A stretch of DNA of 64,000 nucleotides. Source: an uncultured virus (IMG/VR IMGVR_UViG_3300029305_007310) (lineage: Duplodnaviria > Heunggongvirae > Uroviricota > Caudoviricetes). The notes beneath the pieces were generated by a model. The model was not told the origin of the DNA and did not search any database. It saw only the letters and a program-made list of their open reading frames with translations. Shown one piece after another: positions 1 to 10,697 of this stretch (its first letter is position 1; the number at the start of each line of letters is the position of its first letter). The stretch spans positions 1 through 64,000 of IMG/VR virus record IMGVR_UViG_3300029305_007310, one strand, 5' to 3'. Both the position numbers and the translations under genes were made by a program.

Positions 1-167
1 TCTTTGGCGGCGTTCATGGCAGACATGGCGGCTTTCGAGTCCTTGGACAAGACAGCTTCCCCGGCGGCTTCAGCAAGCAGAACTTTGTTCATGGCAGAGA
101 TAGCCTTGCGGAAATCGTTGCGGAGTTCATCGGTGGACAGGATGGTGGTGTTGGTGGTGTTAGACAT
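1..167 (-). CDS. Hypothetical phage protein, partial (runs off the left end); first gene of the divergent arm
   Basis: Minus-strand ATG at 167-165 after GAAAGAGGT RBS; open frame MSNTTNTTILSTDELRNDFRKAISAMNK... Confidence 0.6.
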   Translation of the reverse strand, partial: MSNTTNTTILSTDELRNDFRKAISAMNKVLLAEAAGEAVLSKDSKAAMSAMNAAK

Positions 168-1750
168 AGATGCATACCTCTTTCGTTAATTTAGTAGCGT
201 GATAGTCAATCAGCGCTCTATTGGGGGCACAGCTATTGCGTGGGTAGATAGACTGTGCCCTGGGTAGAACGTTGAACCTTGTTTGATGCATACCCTGCTT
301 GGACAGGAATCATGTGGACATGATTATCCTGCGGCACGTACTCGTCCCTATTCGTCGTGGGTCGAACCCGCACTATACACAGAGATGTAGCCCATTGATA
401 GACAGATAGAGGGCATGTGTATAGCTCGACTTAGCCCGGGCAGGTAGAGGCATTTGTATGTGGCAGGCCTTGCCTTTGACGTCTTACATTTGGCCGTGCT
501 GATGCCGTGCCCGCCGGATTCGCTAACCTCCGCCAACTCATTGCATGCCCTTTCGCGTGTCAAGCGCTATCGACACAGGCGAGTCATCTTCATTGATGGT
601 TATTCTTCCCCTGCCGTTTTAACGCTGTCTAACCTTTATTCGTCATGCACCCTGTCGGCATTGCTTCACGCCGTACTTTTCGCGTCAAAGGTGGATTCTG
701 TTGTCAAGGTTCGCACGCTCCGGCACTTGCGCGGGTAGTGGTTAGACCACTACCAACTGATAAGTTAGACCTATCATGAACACGTTCGCGCTTTCGCGTG
801 TGGGGTTTCCTGTGGTGTCTTTCCCTCCTCCTGTGGGGCTTGTCGTGTGGGGTTATTGGGTACGGTCACATAGTATCAGCTTACATTTTTAGAATCACCC
901 GAATTTCAAAAAAGCGCTGAAAACCTTACTACGCCCCAAATTTTAAAAATTAAAACATCAAAAATAGCGTAAAAAAATATCACGGAATCCGTCAAAAACC
1001 GTGATATTTTTTTTGATCCATGGGGGACGGGTTTTCATAGGAAAATCAAGGCTTCCAGGGCCCACCGCCGCCAAGTTCGACCTTCTCATCTCTAGGCCTC
1101 CAACCGGCCTTTTCCGACTATTTTCTCCTAAATTTCCGCCCTCCTACCTCACCACCCCTCGTTCCATTCCACCTCCATTTTTCTTCGGCAAAATCTTCAA
1201 TCAATCTTCAACCCTAATCCCATCTCCACCCATCCCCTCATCACCCTCACAATCGCCCCACAACCCCATTCTCACCCCTTCACACACCATACCCTTATCC
1301 ACCCCAACCCCCAACTGCACGCCCCTTAAAACCCCTTTACAGGCCCAAATAAGCCCATAATAGTTATTTAATAACCAACCACCACTCTTAACCCTTTCAA
1401 TCCCACACCAAACCTAACCCCTCATAAATCGCTCTATAACCCCTTAATCAACCTCTCTCCCAACCTACCCTAAGCCCACTAACTCCACCCCAAACAAATG
1501 CCTAAAACACCCCTTAAAAGTCGAAATAACCCCATACATTTCCCACCACTTAATCCGTCAAAAATCCAAACAAAATAAGCACTTCCACCCCGAAAGGACT
1601 CGAAAGTGCTTTAATTTATCTATAAAACTCCACTTAAACTACCAATATCTTATTCACCAACCCAATCTGTCCACATTCACCATTCATGCCATTAGTAAAA
1701 TCAGCTCCCAAAAACCCTCACATTTATTTTTCTAAAACCATAAAAACCTA

Positions 1751-1779
1751 TTTACAAAATAACTAATATGTGATATACT
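1751..1779 (+). promoter_or_regulatory. Sigma-A-like promoter for the recombinase
   Basis: TTTACA-N17-TATACT with TG extension. Confidence 0.6.
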
Positions 1780-1896
1780 AATACTACCGGATGGAGCAGC
1801 CAAGAGCATGCTCCTGATTATATTTCACTCATATCACTCGCATCTCACACCAGCCCATCACAAACTAATACCATCACACAGAAAGAGGGATATAGC

Positions 1897-2811
1897 ATGT
1901 CTGCATCCACAAATGTTACCTCTATCTTTTCTCACCCCAATTTTCCCCCTAATCCCACATCCGTCTCCCGCAAAATCTCTGGTCACATGACCAAGACAGT
2001 GCACCCAATCAAGTCTATCTCTCAGATCCAGGCACTTCACCACAATCTGCTCACCAAAGCATCTACAGCTAAAACTCCCAACAAAGCTCTTCTTGCATAT
2101 CGTAATTGGTTATTCTTTGCACTGGGTATCAACCTGGGATTCAGGGGCGGAGATATCACTGAGCTTACCTGGGGAGATCTTCTCACTTATAACCCTCATA
2201 CAGATACCTACGACATCCGAACTGATGAAAATAACTTCATCCATGCAGAGAAGACAGGAAAAGCTACCTACATCATTCTGAATGACGAAGCCAAAGAATC
2301 TATCAAATTTTATCTCATAGCCACCAGACCATTAGGCCTAATCCCAAATCTTTCTTCACCCGTATTTGCCAGCAATAAATCTTCTGGTACCAAGGAAGCA
2401 AAAGTAACTGGTCATATTGACTGTGACAACATTGGCAGGATCATCAAAAAGGCAGCCAAAGAAGTTGGTATCACTCAGAATATCTGCACTCATTCCATGC
2501 GTAAGACCTTTGGCTATCACTACTATAAGAATACTGGAGATCTTATCACTCTGCAAAAGATCTTTGGTCATAGTACTCCTGCTATCACTCTCGCTTACAT
2601 TGGTATTGAGATCGAAGAGTTAACAGCAGCCTATGGCAATAAACCTGATACCTCTATTCCTGATCTCTATGCTTACACCTCAAATCTCACTAACAATCCT
2701 ATACCTATCAACACAACTTCACCCACTGCAAAGCTCAAAGTGATCAAAAGTACTGTTACTCCTAATGCCATTCACACCTACAGTCCATACAGATATTCTA
2801 ATGCATTATGA
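1897..2811 (+). CDS. Tyrosine recombinase (integrase/Xer family)
   Basis: GFRGGDI, EKTGK, HSMRKT, FGHS and AYIG give the R-K-H-R-H-Y catalytic set. Confidence 0.92.
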   Translation: MSASTNVTSIFSHPNFPPNPTSVSRKISGHMTKTVHPIKSISQIQALHHNLLTKASTAKTPNKALLAYRNWLFFALGINLGFRGGDITELTWGDLLTYNPHTDTYDIRTDENNFIHAEKTGKATYIILNDEAKESIKFYLIATRPLGLIPNLSSPVFASNKSSGTKEAKVTGHIDCDNIGRIIKKAAKEVGITQNICTHSMRKTFGYHYYKNTGDLITLQKIFGHSTPAITLAYIGIEIEELTAAYGNKPDTSIPDLYAYTSNLTNNPIPINTTSPTAKLKVIKSTVTPNAIHTYSPYRYSNAL

Positions 2812-2814
2812 TCT

Positions 2815-2975
2815 ATCGCGCGGAGTACGGAGTGTGGAATGCGAAGTGAAGCGAACGTAGTGAGCATAACGCAGCATGTAACACGTAGTACTACACCCCC
2901 CGCGCGATTCATGAATACTACTGGAATGAGCGTAGCGAATTCCAGTAGTAGGAATACGGGGCCGAAGGCCCAATA
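2815..2975. other. Cluster of hairpins, candidate origin or single-strand initiation element
   Basis: 12-bp stem TACTACTGGAAT/ATTCCAGTAGTA with GAGCGTAGCGA loop; ATCGCGCGG/CCGCGCGAT pairing; GGGCCGAAGGCCC hairpin. Confidence 0.4.
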
Positions 2976-3166
2976 CGAATATAAGATAATATTTGTTTAT
3001 AAATAAGGTGAAAACGAACACCCACTTTTTTGGGAAACGCTTTCTATCCGTAAAAAGCGAATCCCAAATAGAATGGAATTCCGTTAACTAACAACATCTG
3101 GTGTATAATAATAAAATATTATACTAATGTCACAATATATTGTGAAAGAAGGTAATAATCATCAAA

Positions 3167-3892
3167 TTGGCGATCAACACCAACTTTTTTCCATGGGTAG
3201 GAGGGAAACAAGCTTATGGTTCTAAGCTGGAATTATTCTTAGCTGTTTATCTGCGATTTTGTGTGAATGAGATGGGTGTCTGCACAGTCTCTTATTCTGA
3301 ACTGGCGGAGATCTTAGGGCTCTCTCTTAATGGGGGCAAGGCTGCACATAATGCGAGAGAAAAAATCAGTAACGTTATCAAAGGACTGGTAACGAGGGGA
3401 AAAGAGGATTTTCCTAACGACTTCATATGCTTTGGGGTGCCTAATAAAAAAGATGAGGACATCCGGATAAATGATGCATTCAAGATTCCTGTCAAGAGCA
3501 TGAAGCGAGAACAGATACCTCCTTTTGTTGTGGTGGAGCTTGATGATTTTTTTAAGATCGTTTCAGCTGCAAAGAATGCAAGTATCAAGCCTGATGAATT
3601 ATTCGCTCTTTATGTTTTCCTGAAGGGATGGATGCGTCCTGTTGCTTTTGATGAGGGGAAGGATAAGTCTTTGGGGTGCTGGTTATGCCGTGAGCAGATC
3701 ACAACCTCGCTCCATATCTCAGTCCCTACTTATATGAAGTATCGTAAGATCCTTGAAGAGAATGAGCTTATCTTTTTTAAACAGGGACAAGCTCAGATCA
3801 GCCCTGCACTCTTTTCGACCACAAATAATCCAGCTATATGGACGGCAATTGAAGACGCCATTTTAGCGGAAGACAATGAGGAGGTATCATGA
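3167..3892 (+). CDS. Putative winged-helix DNA-binding or replication protein
   Basis: Two HTH-like segments (VSYSELAEILGLS; CREQITTSLHISVPTYMKYRKILEENELI). Confidence 0.45.
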   Translation: MAINTNFFPWVGGKQAYGSKLELFLAVYLRFCVNEMGVCTVSYSELAEILGLSLNGGKAAHNAREKISNVIKGLVTRGKEDFPNDFICFGVPNKKDEDIRINDAFKIPVKSMKREQIPPFVVVELDDFFKIVSAAKNASIKPDELFALYVFLKGWMRPVAFDEGKDKSLGCWLCREQITTSLHISVPTYMKYRKILEENELIFFKQGQAQISPALFSTTNNPAIWTAIEDAILAEDNEEVS

Positions 3893-4194
3893 GCAGTATT
3901 TCCAAAACCAAAACCATCCCCTTAGACCAGGACTTTGAGGAGATACTTATTAGTGCTCTTAGATATGCGCTGGGACGCAACAGTTATATTGTTAAAATGA
4001 CAGCAGAATACATTTCCAAATTCATCCCGGATTTGTCTAGTCAGCCGCTCCTCGTTATGCAACGAGATTTGCGCAATGAGCTTTATCAACCAGATAGTCG
4101 CTGGGCTTTTTCGATGGTGGATATTCAGACTTGGTTAGAGTTGCTCAGAAAAACAGAAGAAGAGTTGGATAAGAGAGGGTATTTTGTTGGATAG
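3889..4194 (+). CDS. Hypothetical phage protein
   Basis: ORF with GAGGAGGT RBS overlapping upstream stop. Confidence 0.7.
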   Translation: MSSISKTKTIPLDQDFEEILISALRYALGRNSYIVKMTAEYISKFIPDLSSQPLLVMQRDLRNELYQPDSRWAFSMVDIQTWLELLRKTEEELDKRGYFVG

Positions 4195-4612
4195 AGATGA
4201 TTTGTTAAATAAAGTTCGGAATTGTACGCCTTATTATGGATGGGAAAGTAAATATCCAGAACTATATGGAAAATATGGAATGGGCATATATGGGATTTGT
4301 GAAAGATGGCATTGGTTTGAAGAAGATAATATTACAAATTATGCAAGAGAACATGGTTGCGCACCATTAACCGAGGCGACAAACGAAGAATTGTTATTAA
4401 TGTGGGCAATGGCCGATAGCTATTGGTTGAGTGAATATGAAAAATGGTACGACCATGCTTGCAAAAAGGCAAGAAAATTAGACGAATTCGTAGGCAAGTG
4501 TGAAAGAAAATATTTTGGATACGATGAAAATGGATATACAGATAAAACAATAGATAGAGTTCTTAGTTCAGTATTTGAAGTTTTGGATAATAAATTGAAT
4601 TTTACGAGGTGA
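4184..4612 (+). CDS. Hypothetical phage protein
   Basis: 142-aa ORF with RBS, operon-coupled. Confidence 0.7.
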   Translation: MLDRDDLLNKVRNCTPYYGWESKYPELYGKYGMGIYGICERWHWFEEDNITNYAREHGCAPLTEATNEELLLMWAMADSYWLSEYEKWYDHACKKARKLDEFVGKCERKYFGYDENGYTDKTIDRVLSSVFEVLDNKLNFTR

Positions 4613-4616
4613 TCTT

Positions 4617-4817
4617 ATAAAAGCCCTAACAAAAGAAAAGCTAATCAAAATCATAAAGCAGTATGAGCACGATCTCATCTTTGACGACATGGACGATTTT
4701 CAAAAAATTTTTGATCGCTATGGAGATGAGTATTTTGTGAATAGAGACACCGGTGAACTGGAGCTGTACAAAAAGAACGAATCATTTAAGGAGGATAGGC
4801 ATGGGGAGAATCATTAA
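4617..4817 (+). CDS. Small hypothetical protein with probable ATA start
   Basis: GAGGTGA RBS then ATA AAA GCC...; 66-codon frame that fills the gap between neighbours. Confidence 0.5.
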   Translation: MKALTKEKLIKIIKQYEHDLIFDDMDDFQKIFDRYGDEYFVNRDTGELELYKKNESFKEDRHGENH

Positions 4818-5061
4818 AGAATTTGAAACAGAGTACAACGTTGGCGATGTTGTAGTGTACGAAAAGAATAATATACTGTTTGTCGGAATCATTGAGGGTT
4901 ATTACATCGATGACAATAATTTTTGGTTCAACATCAGGGTTAACGACAATTTTGTGCACACCTATTCAAATGGTGGCGATGTCGCTGAATGGGATATTGT
5001 AGGCGTCTTGCCCGATGAATTGGCCAAGGACTGCAAGAAAAAAATTATTCATAACTGTTAA
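4801..5061 (+). CDS. Hypothetical protein
   Basis: ATG after AAGGAGGA; MGRIIKEFETEYNVGDVV. Confidence 0.7.
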   Translation: MGRIIKEFETEYNVGDVVVYEKNNILFVGIIEGYYIDDNNFWFNIRVNDNFVHTYSNGGDVAEWDIVGVLPDELAKDCKKKIIHNC

Positions 5062-5073
5062 GGAGGGATCTAT

Positions 5074-5805
5074 TTGATCTACATCACAGGAGATACCCAC
5101 CGCGATTTTTATCGTATCGCTATGCATTGCCATCAGTATGAAACCACAAAGGATGATCTGATGATCGTTCTTGGCGACAATGGCATCAATCTTCTTTCAA
5201 GAGATAGCGACACTATGCTCAAAGAGCAGCTTGAAAAACTGCCCATCACCTTTATGCTGATCCGCGGGAACCACGACCGTCGTCCGGATGAGAGCGAGTA
5301 CGAGCGCAAGTACATCAAGGGTGATGGCTACTCCGGCATTTTCTTGGTCGAGCCGGAATATCCGTCATTGCTCTTTGCGATTGATGGCAATGCATACCAG
5401 ATTCTTGGAAAGAATGCTGTTGTCATTGGCGGCGCCTACAGCGTAGACAAGGATTGGCGCATTCAAAATGGTCAGCCTTGGTTTGAAGACGAGCAGCTGA
5501 GCTATGAAGAGCGCAAAGAAATCTATGAAAGCCTCATATGGGCAAAACAGCATGATATTTCTATCGAATTGTTCTTAACGCACACTTGTCCTTACAGGTA
5601 TATTCCGCGGGAAATGTTCCTTGGCTATGTTGATCAAACTAGTGTGGACGACAGGATGGAAGAGTTCTTGGATAGCGTCTGGGAGTTGTTTGGCGAAGAG
5701 AGCAAATGGTACTGCGGTCATTGGCACACAGACAAGGCGATTGATAATGTGAGATTCATGTATAACGATATCATTTGTTTGAATGACGTTTATGATATCA
5801 ACTGA
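5074..5805 (+). CDS. Calcineurin-like metallophosphoesterase
   Basis: GDTH, LGD, GNHD, THTCP and GHWH motifs. Confidence 0.9.
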   Translation: MIYITGDTHRDFYRIAMHCHQYETTKDDLMIVLGDNGINLLSRDSDTMLKEQLEKLPITFMLIRGNHDRRPDESEYERKYIKGDGYSGIFLVEPEYPSLLFAIDGNAYQILGKNAVVIGGAYSVDKDWRIQNGQPWFEDEQLSYEERKEIYESLIWAKQHDISIELFLTHTCPYRYIPREMFLGYVDQTSVDDRMEEFLDSVWELFGEESKWYCGHWHTDKAIDNVRFMYNDIICLNDVYDIN

Positions 5806-5855
5806 TTTTTTATGTCTGTTTTCAAAGCTTATAAAATAACTAATAAAGGAGTAAG

Positions 5856-6260
5856 ATGATGGGAAATAAAGTTGAAGCTGTAAATCGCTTGGAGTTTATA
5901 GAATATGTCCGCTCAATCGTAAACAAGGTTAAGATGAAACATATAAACGAGGAACAATACGTAAAAGACAAAATGGCTGCAGCTTATGAGGTCATTGCAT
6001 CTGTCCTCGACGAGCTGAAAGAATTCAAAACCCTCGATGTTTTTCCAATCATTCATGCCAAATGGGTGCTTGAAGAATCTCCCTATGCTGAACATGAAAG
6101 GGGTATAGATGGCGAGAGTCATCCGCGGTACGTGTGCAGCAATTGCGGTCATGAAGCTGGATTTGAATGTGATCCAGACGGCTTTGCAACATGGCAAGAT
6201 AAGACACCATGGTGTGGCAATTGCGCCGCCAAGATGGATCTGGAGGATAAGAATGAATAA
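5856..6260 (+). CDS. Zn-ribbon hypothetical protein
   Basis: HAKW...CSNCG...CGNCAAKMD. Confidence 0.7.
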   Translation: MMGNKVEAVNRLEFIEYVRSIVNKVKMKHINEEQYVKDKMAAAYEVIASVLDELKEFKTLDVFPIIHAKWVLEESPYAEHERGIDGESHPRYVCSNCGHEAGFECDPDGFATWQDKTPWCGNCAAKMDLEDKNE

Positions 6261-6582
6261 CGGTTGGTTTGAAGAGAGAAAAGGAAAACACAAGCCGGAA
6301 GATTGTTGGTGTTATACTATTCGCTCCTATGATGGACAGGGTGGTTGCCTTGGGACAAAAGAGATTGATCCTTGTGAAGGCGAAAACTGCAAACGTTGGA
6401 GGTCTAAAGACCAAAAGGCTCGATGGGTTAAAGCTACTGGAATGATGCCACCTGAATTTCATGGGAGACCTCGGTGCTCTAATTGCGGCCATTTTGCAAT
6501 GTGGTACAAGATTGGGCATGTGGAGCTGACACCATTCTGTCCTTGGTGTGGTAAGCCTATGGAACTGGAGGGGAATGAGTGA
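6253..6582 (+). CDS. Zn-ribbon hypothetical protein
   Basis: ATG after GGAGG; CSNCG...CPWCGKPM. Confidence 0.7.
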   Translation: MNNGWFEERKGKHKPEDCWCYTIRSYDGQGGCLGTKEIDPCEGENCKRWRSKDQKARWVKATGMMPPEFHGRPRCSNCGHFAMWYKIGHVELTPFCPWCGKPMELEGNE

Positions 6583-6729
6583 GACTAGCATATGGAATTG
6601 TTGCATGGTTCCTATGGATCTTATTCTTGGGGGCTTGCCTCTCAATAGGTGGAGGCGAACTTACGTATAATCAGATTTTCTTTTCAACTGCGATTGTAGC
6701 TGGAGCTGCCATGATGGGGAGGGATTGAT

Positions 6730-6936
6730 ATAGATATTAAGGATTTGAAGAAGGCGCTGGTGGAGGTAAAGAAGATTTGCGACAACAATCGATGCGTGAA
6801 TTGCCCGTTCCGCAAGATGGATGAAGTAGGCTTGCCGTATTGCCCGATGCATGAGGATGATGACGGAAACGACATTCATCAGCCTGCATTTTGGGTTGTT
6901 GATGACTATGAGGAGGATGAAAATGAGGCCGATTGA
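6730..6936 (+). CDS. Small Cys-rich hypothetical protein
   Basis: CVNCPF motif; RBS suggests ATA start at 6730 (TTG at 6745 is the alternative). Confidence 0.55.
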   Translation: MDIKDLKKALVEVKKICDNNRCVNCPFRKMDEVGLPYCPMHEDDDGNDIHQPAFWVVDDYEEDENEAD

Positions 6937-7363
6937 TGCAAACTCATTTGCTGTGCATGTGGCCTTGTATATGGCAGAAAACGCCTATTTGAATGATACG
7001 GCATTGGACGTTTTGAAAAAGGTTTCAAAGTGGCTTGAGGAAGAACCCACCCTTGACTACGCGCCTGTGAAGCGTGGGGATTGGAAATTAGAAGTAAACG
7101 CTTTTTATAAGGACAATCCTTTTGAGGAGATAGATCTTTGCATATACATTCTTGCCAAGTGTGGTAATTGTGGTCGTATGCATCCAGATAGTCATCAAGT
7201 GTATTCAAAAGATCTCTATGCTGAAGGAGACAATAACCATCCATTTGATGTTGAATATGAGAAGCGGGTGGCACTTAAAGAATTTCGCGAAAGAGGCTAT
7301 TTGTTCGCAAACTATTGCCCCAACTGCGGTGCTCGGATGGATGGGAAGGAGAACAAGGAATGA
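6923..7363 (+). CDS. Zn-ribbon hypothetical protein (MRPIDA-type)
   Basis: CGNCG...YCPNCGARMD; GAGGAGG RBS. Confidence 0.7.
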   Translation: MRPIDANSFAVHVALYMAENAYLNDTALDVLKKVSKWLEEEPTLDYAPVKRGDWKLEVNAFYKDNPFEEIDLCIYILAKCGNCGRMHPDSHQVYSKDLYAEGDNNHPFDVEYEKRVALKEFRERGYLFANYCPNCGARMDGKENKE

Positions 7364-7521
7364 TGTGGTTCTCTTTCTTTCTTACAAATACCACCCCTGT
7401 TATATGCCTGACATTACTAGCTATCCATTTTGACAAGTGGTGGATTGTGCTGTTTTCATTATTGTTTAGTTATTCTTTTAAGTCAAATAAGGAGGAGGAT
7501 GAGAAGAATGAAAACGCCTGA
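7360..7521 (+). CDS. Small membrane protein
   Basis: Hydrophobic ORF coupled to neighbours. Confidence 0.45.
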   Translation: MMWFSFFLTNTTPVICLTLLAIHFDKWWIVLFSLLFSYSFKSNKEEDEKNENA

Positions 7522-7777
7522 ATATCATGTGAGTGCCGGAATATTTGGTGAGATATATGCTGGTACACTAATGCCTAAGAAAGACGGGAAGCCTCAAACG
7601 TGGAGGAATAAGTCTTGTGTTACTGATGAGGCCATTTGTGCCGTGAGGGATCATATGATGGATTCTTGCCTTAAAAAGAAAGAGGGTAAAACGGAAGGTG
7701 GCTACGAATGGAAACGCAAAGACGGTAAAAAGGTTTTGCTTCTTGTAAAGGTGGTAGATAGCGATGATGGAAATTGA
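7508..7777 (+). CDS. Hypothetical protein
   Basis: MKTPEYHVSAGIFGEIYAG; RBS present. Confidence 0.65.
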   Translation: MKTPEYHVSAGIFGEIYAGTLMPKKDGKPQTWRNKSCVTDEAICAVRDHMMDSCLKKKEGKTEGGYEWKRKDGKKVLLLVKVVDSDDGN

Positions 7778-8225
7778 TTGTAGGAAATGCGTTAATTGCG
7801 ATGTTGTAAAAGGCAATTGCAGAATGTTTGGTTCAGATCCTGAAGAGGCAGTTAAGGCATGTGCTTCCTATGGATTTGAACACTATATCCCTGTTGGCGA
7901 TAGACGAGTTAAGAAGTCACTTATCCACGGAACCCAAGCATGGCGCAATATCCTTATTGATTACGACAAAATGATTCAGGCGCCTGATATTACTCTTGAA
8001 GCGCTAAATAGAGTTTTTCGCTATGTGTGTGCCCTTGAATCTCGTCTTAAGCGGGTTGAAAAGGAAAGGGATTCTGCAGTTGAAATGCTTTATGAATCTA
8101 CCCCATGCCTTGCTTGCGAGCGGAAATGCGGCTCCATGTTGGATGAAAATTATATCAAGTATTGCGTGAATTGTTGTTTTGGAAGCGAGTTTGTCTATTC
8201 TCTTCCGCGTCCTAATGAGAAATGA
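7764..8225 (+). CDS. Cys-rich hypothetical protein
   Basis: 153-aa ORF with several CxxC motifs. Confidence 0.65.
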   Translation: MMEIDCRKCVNCDVVKGNCRMFGSDPEEAVKACASYGFEHYIPVGDRRVKKSLIHGTQAWRNILIDYDKMIQAPDITLEALNRVFRYVCALESRLKRVEKERDSAVEMLYESTPCLACERKCGSMLDENYIKYCVNCCFGSEFVYSLPRPNEK

Positions 8226-8494
8226 CAGTAGTATTAGGAATAGTTATTATCGCTGCGCTTATTTTGGTTGCTGGAATGGCTGGCGCCCATGCCGTATGTG
8301 GTATCACAGATTGGATATATGATGAATTTATTAGGGAGAGTGAACGATGAGATTTGTATATGGCTTTATTGCGGGTATCATTTGGATTGTATTATTATCC
8401 TGTTTCAACGATGAAAAGGCACTTTTGAATTCAGATACGCCAATTATTACGTTAGCTATTGTTGTGGCTGGTGCTATGGCGGGAGGTGGCTGAT

Positions 8495-8836
8495 ATGGGT
8501 GAGTTGTCATTTGGCCCTGGTACGCTGTACTTTCAGACCCTTGAAGGAATTGATGCGAAAATTGGCACGACAACTGAGGGCACTTTTGATTATGAAAACG
8601 ATGAAGAAAAGAATCGTATAAGCAGTTTTCAGGTGGCAAAAGGGGCAACCTTTACACTGAATGCGGATTATATTAATTGGCGAGAATTGAAGAAGCTTTC
8701 AATTCTTACGCTATGGTGGGAAAAGTACTCACAATATATTCATCTCGCGCGGCATGGGAAAAACAAGAGGATCAGAAAGAAAAACTATCTTAAAGCGATA
8801 GAGATACTTATAAGATTAAAAGAAAAATATTATTGA
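8495..8836 (+). CDS. Hypothetical protein
   Basis: ATG after GGAGGTGG RBS. Confidence 0.65.
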   Translation: MGELSFGPGTLYFQTLEGIDAKIGTTTEGTFDYENDEEKNRISSFQVAKGATFTLNADYINWRELKKLSILTLWWEKYSQYIHLARHGKNKRIRKKNYLKAIEILIRLKEKYY

Positions 8837-9029
8837 TCGAGGTGAAAATTTGATAGTGTATCCTGTGGCGTTGCTGATTATAGCAGCGATTGTTTATTGT
8901 GGTTTGTGCAAGAAAAGAAACATGTGGGCATGGATCGTATTGTATTGGGCTACATTGTGTGTGAAAAATTTGGTAGATGCCGTAATGGCAACGGGAGTAT
9001 AAGCAAAAAGATGACAGGAGTGATAAGTC

Positions 9030-10697
9030 ATCAAGAATCGACAATTATACACATTGAAATTTAACTCTGGAAAGCTAAAAGCGTGTGGGTATTCAATCAC
9101 GACTACATTTGATGAGGCTCATGAGCTTGGTGAGGTCATTGCTCTTGCAGATAGCCAAATGCTCCGCACAATCAGGAGCATCCGTAAAAGAACGCTTGAC
9201 CGTCAAAAGGTTGAAAGGCTATTTCTTGAACGTGATGAGCTTCGCAGGCGTTGCGAGAGAAGAAAACATACAGAATCGTATGCTGAACGGCTGAAATGGC
9301 TTAAAGACAAAATCAATCGCACGATGTTTATGCCGGATTATGTGACGGTCGTGATGGATCACAAAGCCCATTACAAATATATGTTTGAGAATGGGTTTGA
9401 CATCAATGATAAGCACTATGTGCGATTGAGCTGCTCTGCTGGACAAGCTCGTGTAAGCACTGTGGTGTTCTGTGCAGACGATATTGTTGAGGAGGTTGAA
9501 AGGCGCCTTAACAACGGACGAGATATGACTAAGAAGTTGGCTCCTAGTAAGTTTAATGCATACTTTGGACTCGCTGGTAGTGCGACTTTTGAGGTGAGCG
9601 AACCTAAATTTATCGTTGTAAAGGACTATTCCAACTTCTCCACCTTTATGGCCAACTTTGATACAGAGACAGATTGGGATATTGATGATGAAATTGAGCC
9701 TCGTGAAGTGACCGCTGAAATGAACCGCACTGATGGTATGGGGCTGATTTCTCCAAGGCAGGCTCAGAAGTGGGCTGAGGAGTTGGAGCTTGATTATGTT
9801 CCTAGCCAGTTTATTGTAAGGCAGAGTTTTCTGAAAGGCATGGTATGCACTTTCCCAATTCATGAGTTCTGCGAGGAAGTAAATGACGGCAATTATCTGG
9901 TGGACACCATTTATCAGGATGAGAATGGGGAATACATCAAAGCCGATCTCAGGGATTATGACCTGATTATTGGCGAGTCTCAGTTTAAGCTATGGGATAG
10001 CTGGTCAAGTATGGAAGCATATATCGATTGTTGTCACCAGAATGGTCTCACCTGGGGGATCGCTCAGTATTCGCCTAAAGAAGCAAAGAACGTTTTAACG
10101 CTAAACTACCAGTTTATCCAGACGCTCGACTTAAAACAACGCGACATTGAAAAGCTGGCTTCGCTTTTTGTGGACTGGATTGAAGGAACCAGTATGGACA
10201 AACGCGAGTATATGCTGTTGTTCTTGCTGGGGGCTAATAATACGCAGGAAAGCATTGAATGGTTTTTGCGTAGCAGTGATAAAAATTGGATTAGAGCATT
10301 GGTTGTAAACCCAGAATGTGCAAAAGACCCTTACATCAGATTGAAGATTAGGGATTTAATCAGAAACAGGATCAAGAATGCGGCTATGGGTGAGTTGCCT
10401 ATAAAGGGCAATTTTCAAACAATGGTTTCTGATCCGTATGCTTATATGCAGCACGTGTGTGGCATGGAGCCCACTGGGTTGCTCAGAGAAGGTGAGTGCT
10501 ACAGCAATTACTGGAATGAGCGTGGTGTTGAGAAGGTTAATTTGGCCAGGTCTCCTCAGACATATCGTTGCGAAAATGTAGTTACGCGGCTGGTGAAAAA
10601 TGAGGAGACTGAGAAGTGGTATAGGTATTGTCATCTTGGAGTGATTTTTAATTGGTTTGGCCATGAGGTTGTGAACCTTGGCGGTGCCGACTTCGAT
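9030..10697 (+). CDS. yonO: YonO-like single-subunit RNA polymerase (RdRP-related two-barrel family), exon 1
   Basis: TDGMGLISP, QSFLKGM, ARSP and terminal GGADFD motifs; start either ATC 9030 (best RBS spacing) or TTG 9054. Confidence 0.85.

Noticed and set aside
1001..1360. Pro-rich 119-aa ORF
   Set aside because: By-product of the C-rich tract; no RBS, low complexity.
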